IMG/VR virus record: IMGVR_UViG_3300047550_002778
Coordinates: 57,644-77,643 of that record
Direction: 5' to 3' (one strand)
DNA: 20,000 nucleotides
Origin: an uncultured virus (IMG/VR IMGVR_UViG_3300047550_002778)
Taxonomy: Duplodnaviria; Heunggongvirae; Uroviricota; Caudoviricetes
This document shows, piece by piece, positions 9,541 to 15,397 of this stretch (positions are counted from its first letter, which is position 1; each line of letters begins with the position of its first letter). The notes under the pieces are model-generated. The model did no database searches and had not been told where the DNA came from. It saw only the letters and a list, made by a program, of their open reading frames with translations. A program made the position numbers and the translations under genes.

Positions 9541-9950
9541 AACTTTGATAAATCTATAATTTCTTTGACTGATTCTATCGGTATATAAGTAGTAACAAAA
9601 TTGCCTGGATCAACACTTTTTAAGTCTGGCAATTTATTTTTATCTACTACAATTATTACCCCTTCACCTTTATCACGATAATTCACCAAAGCAAATCTAG
9701 CACTCAATTTAAAATCACTAGCTAGATAACTTCCATAAATTTGACGTGTATTACCTTTGCCTTTGGATGTCACTTTACCATGTTTTTGTAACACATCCAA
9801 TTCCTTTTTGCTCATACCTCTGAACAAATCATCCGAACCAAAATTATTCATTTGATCTAATTCATCCGCAATAATTTTGAGTTTACCTTGAGGTTCCCAA
9901 ATCAAATAGTCATAGATGCTTCGTTCGTATAGCAAACTGTAGGATTTCAT
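9537..9950 (-). CDS. Putative ADP-ribosyltransferase-fold protein
   Basis: LFRGMS..E, GSYLASD...A.FA, GVIIVVD and IPIESV follow the strand order of ART-fold domains (pattern recognition only). Confidence 0.5.
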   Translation of the reverse strand: MKSYSLLYERSIYDYLIWEPQGKLKIIADELDQMNNFGSDDLFRGMSKKELDVLQKHGKVTSKGKGNTRQIYGSYLASDFKLSARFALVNYRDKGEGVIIVVDKNKLPDLKSVDPGNFVTTYIPIESVKEIIDLSKL

Positions 9951-9973
9951 TGAATATAAATATACTTATAGAT

Positions 9974-10192
9974 ATGGACACCGTTAATTTTCATGATATC
10001 AAAATCAACAATCACGAAATAACCATATGGGATGATCGTTTTGTTGTATTAAGACACCCAGAAAAGTGTGATTTGTATGAAGACGATCATTGTAGAGAAC
10101 ACATGGTAAAGTATTTGACCGATGAAGGTTATATAGATCCGATCAATAAAAATTGTCTCATATTTGATAGTTATATTGACTTTGAACCATAA
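9974..10192 (+). CDS. Hypothetical protein (72 aa), the only plus-strand gene; start revised to ATG 9974
   Basis: TACTTATA motif 3 nt before the ATG; the ORF fills the gap up to the tmRNA terminator. Confidence 0.65.
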   Translation: MDTVNFHDIKINNHEITIWDDRFVVLRHPEKCDLYEDDHCREHMVKYLTDEGYIDPINKNCLIFDSYIDFEP

Positions 10193-10220
10193 AAAAAGCC
10201 CCGCGCAGAGCGACGGAGCC
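10191..10220 (-). terminator. Terminator ending the tRNA/tmRNA transcript
   Basis: GGCTCCG-T-CGC-TCT-GCG-CGGGGCT then a T run; preceded by a further hairpin ATAACCC-AAT-GGGTTAT. Confidence 0.75.
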
Positions 10221-10252
10221 AACTACATAACCCATTGGGTTATAAGATAAAA

Positions 10253-10637
10253 TGGTGGACGTGGCGAGAATCGAACTCGCGTCTTTAAGAATTGAACCAT
10301 ACCAGACTACACGCTTTTACAATTTGAATTTGTTAGAAAGTAAAATCAAAATTGTCAAAAATTTACTTCTTAAGATTTACATAAATTTCGATTGGAAGAG
10401 CAAATCAATCAACCAACCATAGTCCGATGATGACGTTTGTTTAACTATCGAACAATCATTAAACAAACGAGCAACCTTTTATTAGGCTGCAATTGCTACG
10501 ACATCATCATAAGAGAAGTCATAGCTAACTACGTTTTCTTCAGCAGTTATGTTTTGATAGACATTTAAAGAGGCCAACTATCATCCTCTGCGTGACTGAC
10601 ATGGACACATTTCTTAAATCGAAACCTGAACACGCCC
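10253..10637 (-). ncRNA. ssrA: tmRNA, 385 nt; tag (A)AEENVVSYDFSYDDVVAIAA* at 10544-10482
   Basis: Acceptor GGGCGTG/CACGTCC-ACCA with G3.U, GGTTTCGA 5' loop, TTTAAGAA/TTCTTAAA helix, T-arm GCGAG-TTCGATT-CTCGC, pk1-like GAGG/CCTC and GATAG/CTATC, ATAACT-GCT resume context, tag ending in IAA. Confidence 0.95.
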
Positions 10638-10643
10638 ATAAAA

Positions 10644-10742
10644 TTATTTTTTCTTACGTTTTTTAACACTGCAACTTTTGACGTTACAATAACCTTTTTT
10701 TGTTTTACGTAAATGTTGTCGTCTCATTCCTTTGGTTGCCAT
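10644..10742 (-). CDS. Small basic peptide (32 aa)
   Basis: MATKGMRRQHLRKTKKGYCNVKSCSVKKRKKK; fills the tRNA-Gly to tmRNA spacer and resembles the 12031-12159 peptide. Confidence 0.6.
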   Translation of the reverse strand: MATKGMRRQHLRKTKKGYCNVKSCSVKKRKKK

Positions 10743-10753
10743 AATACTTAAAT

Positions 10754-10827
10754 TGGAGCGGGTAGTGAGAATCGAACTCACACGTAGGCTTTGGAAGAGC
10801 CTCAGGCTACCATTACATCATACCCGC
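10754..10827 (-). tRNA. tRNA-Gly(TCC)
   Basis: GCGGGTA/TACCCGC-T-CCA; anticodon arm AGGCT-CTTCCAA-AGCCT; TTCGATT loop. Confidence 0.95.
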
Positions 10828-10838
10828 GTATTGTTTAT

Positions 10839-10866
10839 AGTCTACAATAATAAATAGAATGGTCAA
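10839..10866 (-). promoter_or_regulatory. Putative promoter for tRNA-Gly/tmRNA
   Basis: TTGACC-N16-TAGACT, with a TATTTATT motif nested in the spacer (10849-10856). Confidence 0.55.
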
Positions 10867-10890
10867 GACTAATATATCAATGATCAAAAT

Positions 10891-11634
10891 TTATTTAAAT
10901 AACATCCACTGATTATTATATACCAACACATCTTCCTTTAGAAATGATATTGGCGCCAATTTGTCTTTTATTTGATCTCTCAAAGTTAAATTAAGTGTAA
11001 ATGTTTTGGCTGCTCGAAGAACATCGTGCGTAACATCTGGGTGAGAAAAATCATCTCCAAACAACAAAGTGTTTGGTCCTAACAATTTATCCCAACATTC
11101 TACAATTTCAAGAAATGTTTCATTCTTACAATGAGAACTATCTAAATAAATTAAAGTGGGTAATGAAGAAATTGATTTATGTGTATTATACAATCTCTCC
11201 AAAAGATTTATTCCGGTGAATGCCGTGCAGTTAATAGGAACAATTTTATCTCTATATTGGTATGTATTTGCCAAAAATCTTTTATATATGGTTGGTATGC
11301 CATTTTCTAATCTCAGAAATCTATACCAATCTTGTAAAGTATATTCCAAATCCCACATGTTTACATCACCTGTAAATGGGTCTATACAAACTACATACGA
11401 ATCATTTAACTCTACTGTCTTAAATGACTCCAACATCTTTATACAACTATTGCCAACCATCGAACCAATCTCCAATACAAAATTTGGTTTAAAATGCTCG
11501 AACAAACAATCTAAAAGTGTTGAATCAATATTTGTATGTGGATAATTGTTGTCTATATACTTTTCTACTTCACAATTTGAATATGGAGTTTCATCTCTGT
11601 ATAGACGATAATTTAATTCAGTATAAATACTCAT
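10891..11634 (-). CDS. Class I SAM-dependent methyltransferase (Methyltransf_24-like)
   Basis: VLEIGSMVGNS, VCIDPF, LIYLDSSH, LLFGDDF motifs. Confidence 0.85.
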   Translation of the reverse strand: MSIYTELNYRLYRDETPYSNCEVEKYIDNNYPHTNIDSTLLDCLFEHFKPNFVLEIGSMVGNSCIKMLESFKTVELNDSYVVCIDPFTGDVNMWDLEYTLQDWYRFLRLENGIPTIYKRFLANTYQYRDKIVPINCTAFTGINLLERLYNTHKSISSLPTLIYLDSSHCKNETFLEIVECWDKLLGPNTLLFGDDFSHPDVTHDVLRAAKTFTLNLTLRDQIKDKLAPISFLKEDVLVYNNQWMLFK

Positions 11635-11640
11635 AAAATC

Positions 11641-11730
11641 AACCCTATCCTATCTGGAACAGATTCGTCCGGGTCAGACATACAGGGGTGTATCGTGTCC
11701 CTCACGCCGTGGCTAAACCACCACAAGATT
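11641..11730 (-). ncRNA. Candidate structured non-coding RNA (multi-branch, no CCA)
   Basis: GC-rich spacer with closing helix AATCTTGT/ATAGGGTT and internal arms GTGGT/GCCAC, AGGG/CCCT, TGTCTG/CAGATA. Confidence 0.45.
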
Positions 11731-11737
11731 TATAAAT

Positions 11738-11861
11738 TGGATGACCGTGACTTGCGAATATACGAGGATTTCACTAAGCGTTCCAAATGTCTCTCTCGTC
11801 AACGTCAGTCTCCTATACCCTCCTACGGGTATCGTGCTATAATTCTATACACTAACAATCA
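11738..11861 (-). ncRNA. Non-canonical tRNA-like RNA (124 nt) with greatly expanded T-arm
   Basis: Acceptor TGATTGT/ACGGTCA-T-CCA, D-arm GTGT/GCAC, anticodon-like arm ATACCC-GTAGGA-GGGTAT, and GACT/AGTC enclosing about 54 nt. Confidence 0.6.
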
Positions 11862-11864
11862 AAA

Positions 11865-11940
11865 TGGTCGGGATGGAGAATTTCGCAATCTCAACCTCCT
11901 GTCTCCAAAACAGGCCGTCTACTTTTGACATTACATCCCG
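11865..11940 (-). tRNA. tRNA-Pro(TGG), atypical D- and T-loops
   Basis: CGGGATG/CATCCCG-A-CCA; CCTGT-TTTGGAG-ACAGG; D-loop AAAAGTA; T-loop TGCGAAA. Confidence 0.8.
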
Positions 11941-11947
11941 AATAAAT

Positions 11948-12021
11948 TGGCAGGGGATAAGGGAATCGAACCCCTACAAGAAGATTCAAAGTCTTCCGCA
12001 CTACCATTATGCAAATCCCCA
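11948..12021 (-). tRNA. tRNA-Gln(TTG)
   Basis: GAAGA-CTTTGAA-TCTTC; T1.T72 mismatch; G73-CCA. Confidence 0.95.
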
Positions 12022-12030
12022 GTTATAAAC

Positions 12031-12159
12031 TTATTTTTTCTTTCTCTTAGAGTGAACGGTTTTAGAAGCCTTCACTCTGACTGTCTTTGTTCCTGTCTTG
12101 GTCTTAATTGTTCTATTATGACCTTTTCTGCTATGTGCTTTTACTCTTTTAAATCCCAT
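12031..12159 (-). CDS. Small basic peptide (42 aa)
   Basis: MGFKRVKAHSRKGHNRTIKTKTGTKTVRVKASKTVHSKRKKK; SD AAAGGA 5 nt before the ATG. Confidence 0.7.
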   Translation of the reverse strand: MGFKRVKAHSRKGHNRTIKTKTGTKTVRVKASKTVHSKRKKK

Positions 12160-12192
12160 AATATTCCTTTATATTAAAAAATTGATCGGTCT

Positions 12193-12237
12193 TACAAGAA
12201 GATTCAAAGTTTCCTACATTACCACAAATTTCCAGTT
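12193..12237 (-). pseudogene. Decayed copy of tRNA-Gln(TTG)
   Basis: 18-nt exact repeat tacaagaagattcaaagt (12193-12210 = 11975-11992) with degenerate similarity continuing to ccagtt; no T-arm. Confidence 0.7.
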
Positions 12238-12246
12238 GAAAAATTA

Positions 12247-12930
12247 TTAACGAATAATTGTTTTAAGTGTCGTGGTTGTCAGATCCATTTCGTTAACTGG
12301 AATTTTATTTTTATTTAAATGCCATTTAACAACATATTCATTTCTAAGTGGTGAATCTTGACCAGGCCAATTTGGTCCACGTAAATAATTTCTATATTCC
12401 ATGTCAGCAAATATGTAGTATATGTAATTTGAAAATATTTTACTGTATACTTCCATGTTGTTTATATTACCCACGGCAAACACATCACAGTATCCTCTAT
12501 GACATACTCTTGGATCAACACATGTTGACCACTTTGGTAAATTTATAACGTTTTTATCTAAACTATTTAGATCGTATACAAGATTATCATGATTTAAATC
12601 AAACCGTGTTCTAATTACAAAATCATAATTGTTAGATTTTTTAACAACCAAAAAAGATTGTCTAAGTGAATAATATTGGGATAAACTATTATGAATAGAT
12701 GTATTAGACCAAATATTACATTTCAATCCTCTTTCGTCAAATTCAATTTGATCGTCAATTTTATAATTAGCTGGTCGATATAAGTTTATTACATCTTCTT
12801 GTTGTGGATCAGACCATGAATGAAAATAAATATCACAATCATACTTGTCTAAGTAATTGCGTTTCAATGACTCAAAACTTCGTTTGTAATTGTTTCTAAA
12901 TTTTCCACTAAAACATATTGCTACTTTCAT
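12247..12930 (-). CDS. Putative glycosyltransferase-like protein of the 'MKVAICFSG..R' viral family
   Basis: MKVAICFSGKFR, DIYFHSW, YDFVIRTRFDL, D.FAVG...M..Y, NE...WHL motifs. Confidence 0.6.
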   Translation of the reverse strand: MKVAICFSGKFRNNYKRSFESLKRNYLDKYDCDIYFHSWSDPQQEDVINLYRPANYKIDDQIEFDERGLKCNIWSNTSIHNSLSQYYSLRQSFLVVKKSNNYDFVIRTRFDLNHDNLVYDLNSLDKNVINLPKWSTCVDPRVCHRGYCDVFAVGNINNMEVYSKIFSNYIYYIFADMEYRNYLRGPNWPGQDSPLRNEYVVKWHLNKNKIPVNEMDLTTTTLKTIIR

Positions 12931-12938
12931 AAATAAAT

Positions 12939-13012
12939 TGGAGCGGGTGGAGGGAATCGAACCCTCTCATCGTCCTTGGCAAGGATGTAGGCTACCGTTA
13001 CATCACACCCGC
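12939..13012 (-). tRNA. tRNA-Gly(GCC)
   Basis: GCGGGTG/CACCCGC-T-CCA; loop TTGCCAA. Confidence 0.95.
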
Positions 13013-13020
13013 GTTAAAAT

Positions 13021-13096
<76 letters not shown>

Positions 13097-13104
13097 ATAT
13101 AAAA

Positions 13105-13196
13105 TGGCGGAAAGGGAGGGATTCGAACCCTCGGTGGGTGTTTAAGCCCACAACAGTTTAGCAAACTGTCTCTTTAGACCACTCAGACACCTTTCC
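13105..13196 (-). tRNA. tRNA-Ser(GCT)
   Basis: Long variable arm; ACAGT-TTGCTAA-ACTGT; GCCA. Confidence 0.97.
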
Positions 13197-13203
13197 GTAA
13201 AAT

Positions 13204-13293
13204 TGGAGGAAGGAGAGGGATTCGAACCCCCGGAGGCTTTTACACCCCTGCGGTTTTCAAGACCACCGCCTTAGACCACTCAGCCACCCTTCC
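13204..13293 (-). tRNA. tRNA-Ser(TGA)
   Basis: Long variable arm; loop CTTGAAA; T73-CCA. Confidence 0.95.
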
Positions 13294-13392
13294 ATAAGGA
13301 ATTAAAAACTGGGTATGTGTGACTACACCCGAAAGGTCAATTACACTCAATGATCATACGACCAAATATGATTTTAAAGTCACTTTTTAATT

Positions 13393-13476
13393 TGGTGGGC
13401 ATAGAGGGACTTGAACCCCCACGGATTTCTCCACGAGCTTCTAAGACTCGCGTGTCTGCCATTTCACCATACGCCC
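13393..13476 (-). tRNA. tRNA-Leu(TAG)
   Basis: GGGCGTA/TATGCCC-ACCA; loop CTTAGAA; variable arm. Confidence 0.97.
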
Positions 13477-13481
13477 GAAAT

Positions 13482-13559
13482 TGGTCGGAGTGATAGGATT
13501 TGAACCTACGACATCTTGCTCCCAAAGCAAGCGCTCTAGCCAAGCTGAGCTACACTCCG
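13482..13559 (-). tRNA. tRNA-Pro(TGG), canonical
   Basis: CGGAGTG/CACTCCG-ACCA; loop TTTGGGA. Confidence 0.97.
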
Positions 13560-13568
13560 ATATTAAAA

Positions 13569-13643
13569 TGGTAGGCGGGAAAGGGATCGAACCTCCGACA
13601 ATCACGGTGTAAACGTGGTGCTCTACCACTGAGCTACCCGCCC
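13569..13643 (-). tRNA. tRNA-Val(TAC)
   Basis: GGGCGGG/CCCGCCT-ACCA; loop TTTACAC. Confidence 0.95.
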
Positions 13644-13668
13644 ATTTAAAAATTATTATTTTCTTAAT

Positions 13669-13772
13669 CCAGTTATCGCCAGTCGGGTTCTGCGCCGAGC
13701 ATATCACCCTCAGACCGATCAAGTGTTTTAACTTTCGTTGGGGACACCAGATAGAGTTTCAACCCCGAACAT
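13669..13772 (-). ncRNA. Candidate structured RNA at the head of the tRNA array
   Basis: GC-rich. Helices GTT.GGGG/CCCC.AAC, AGTTA/TAACT, TCGGTC/GACTGG, GGGT/ACCC, and a possible GGTGT/ACACT pseudoknot. Confidence 0.5.
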
Positions 13773-13778
13773 ATAATC

Positions 13779-13806
13779 ACTATACCACACCTTTTCTTAT
13801 TGTCAA
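13779..13806 (-). promoter_or_regulatory. Sigma70-like promoter reading into the tRNA array
   Basis: TTGACA-N16-TATAGT with TGn extension. Confidence 0.7.
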
Positions 13807-13811
13807 CGCCT

Positions 13812-13918
13812 AAAATCAAAAACCCATCATCTTTTTTGGATGACGGGTTGAATCTTTTAGAAGCAAACAACCTCGTCATCAATACCCCGATGGGGCTTGA
13901 CTTACTAGACTAGGTTGT
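13812..13918 (-). promoter_or_regulatory. Putative attenuator (segments 1-4) with intrinsic terminator
   Basis: 1=ACAACCTAGTC (13918-13908), 2=GATGACGAGGTTGT (13880-13867), 3=CAACCCGTCATC (13850-13839), 4=GATGATGGGTT (13831-13821) followed by TTTGATTTT. Confidence 0.75.
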
Positions 13919-13932
13919 GATGATAAAATCAT
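13879..13932 (-). CDS. Putative leader peptide MILSSQPSLVSQAPSGY
   Basis: ATG ATT TTA TCA TCA CAA CCT AGT CTA GTA AGT CAA GCC CCA TCG GGG TAT TGA TGA. It overlaps attenuator segment 1 and its stop lies on segment 2. Confidence 0.65.
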   Translation of the reverse strand: MILSSQPSLVSQAPSGY

Positions 13933-13984
13933 ATTTCTACTAATATATAGTGTTTTAAATTGAAATTCAATGAAATTTTTAAAT

Positions 13985-14014
13985 AAAAAAACCGCCGGTA
14001 TTACCCAGCGGTCT
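13985..14014 (-). terminator. Intrinsic terminator after the outer-membrane protein gene
   Basis: GACCGCTGG-GTAATA-CCGGCGGTT followed by TTTTTATTT. Confidence 0.85.
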
Positions 14015-14039
14015 GTATTGGTTTTATTTAAAATGACTA

Positions 14040-14744
14040 TTAGAAGGTCAACTTCAAACCAGCACTGTAAACTACATCATTATCAAAACGATTGACAGCA
14101 AATGCTCTTGATGCAGCTTCAAATGTTCCATTATGGAACCATCCAACTTCAGCAAATGGAGTTACAGAACCCCAAGCAAAAGTTACTGGACGAGTCAAAG
14201 AAGCCTTAGCGTTAAAAGCTTCATAACTAGTTGACTTACCCCATTCGACAGCAGGTGTCAAAACCAAACCAAATGGTAGTTTTTGAGCACGTTCTGCACC
14301 AACAAAGTAAGCATTCTGGTGCAACTCAAAGTTGAAAGCGCCACGAACATATGGAGTTACCCATGGGTTTTGTAGAGCCAACTTTACACCAGTTTCGGTA
14401 GAATTACCTAGAATGCTACCACCAGTTTGGTGACGAATAACACTGCCGTCTAGACGAGCAGTGAATTGATTCCAAGTATATAGGTTCTTTCCAGCACCTA
14501 CCAACCAGTGAGATTGATCTTGGTTACCATTTGCCAACAATGTGCCACCAACATATACATCAGCATACTTGAATGACTTCAATGCTCCAATACTTGCGTA
14601 TGGGAGATCTTGTGCGTAAGCAACACCATTGACAACATAATAGTTATTGTAACCACCCTCCAAAGAGAGGTTTGCAATATCTGCGGCACGTGCGACTGAC
14701 AATGCAGCAAACAGTGACATTACCAACAATACTAATTTCTTCAT
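14040..14744 (-). CDS. Outer-membrane beta-barrel protein (TorF/putative porin-like)
   Basis: Sec signal peptide MKKLVLLVMSLFAALSVARA, alternating amphipathic strands, C-terminal YSAGLKLTF beta-signal; SD AGAAGGA. Confidence 0.8.
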   Translation of the reverse strand: MKKLVLLVMSLFAALSVARAADIANLSLEGGYNNYYVVNGVAYAQDLPYASIGALKSFKYADVYVGGTLLANGNQDQSHWLVGAGKNLYTWNQFTARLDGSVIRHQTGGSILGNSTETGVKLALQNPWVTPYVRGAFNFELHQNAYFVGAERAQKLPFGLVLTPAVEWGKSTSYEAFNAKASLTRPVTFAWGSVTPFAEVGWFHNGTFEAASRAFAVNRFDNDVVYSAGLKLTF

Positions 14745-14780
14745 TTTATTATTTCCTTCTATTTGTTTATTTTACTTTAT

Positions 14781-14921
14781 TCACTTTGAACTGGCATATG
14801 ACTTCTGTGTAACATATGATTTTTGCAACTCATTAGTCAGTTCGCCGTTATTTGAAAGTTTACAGCACCCACTGTTACTTCCAAAAATTTTATTAAAAAC
14901 TCTACGTATAATTCCGAACAT
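14781..14921 (-). CDS. Small hypothetical protein (46 aa) with amphipathic N-terminus, missed by the ORF track
   Basis: MFGIIRRVFNKIFGSNSGCCKLSNNGELTNELQKSYVTQKSYASSK; SD GAAAGGA; TATTTATT motif upstream. Confidence 0.55.
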   Translation of the reverse strand: MFGIIRRVFNKIFGSNSGCCKLSNNGELTNELQKSYVTQKSYASSK

Positions 14922-14970
14922 AAAAATCCTTTCACATTAAGTTGGTCTTAATAAATATCACAGAATATAT

Positions 14971-15297
14971 CTAGAACTTAATTTTATCTTTAGGTATGCG
15001 TTTATGAATCATTCTATCTTTCTCAGGCATGTAAACATAAAAAGCAGAACATTTCTGTTTATCTTCAGACATAATGCTAAACGTTTCAGATGGTAATCCT
15101 GTAACTTTTACAACAGCTCCTTTTATAAAGTTAAAACTATCGCTACCACTTATTTCAATTCCCATACCGTAATTTAGTAAACGATAATTAACATTTTTAA
15201 CTCCATAATGGGATTTCAAAGTATTTTCAACATTGGTCTTAACTTGTTCAGTAAAAACCAATGAAGCCAATTCTTGTTTACTTATATTAATATTCAT
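14971..15297 (-). CDS. Hypothetical protein (108 aa)
   Basis: SD GAGGA and its own promoter. Confidence 0.75.
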   Translation of the reverse strand: MNINISKQELASLVFTEQVKTNVENTLKSHYGVKNVNYRLLNYGMGIEISGSDSFNFIKGAVVKVTGLPSETFSIMSEDKQKCSAFYVYMPEKDRMIHKRIPKDKIKF

Positions 15298-15309
15298 ACT
15301 ATGTTCCTC

Positions 15310-15337
15310 AGTATACTTGTTTATGCTAAGATGTCAA
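15310..15337 (-). promoter_or_regulatory. Sigma70-like promoter
   Basis: TTGACA-N16-TATACT. Confidence 0.7.
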
Positions 15338-15338
15338 C

Positions 15339-15376
15339 AAATAAAAAATACACCCACCGTAAAAGTAGGTGTATTT
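15339..15376 (-). terminator. Intrinsic terminator after the 1030-aa gene
   Basis: AAATACACCTAC-N7-GTGGGTGTATTT followed by TTTATTT. Confidence 0.8.
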
Positions 15377-15397
15377 CTAGAATAATTTAACGTTGTA

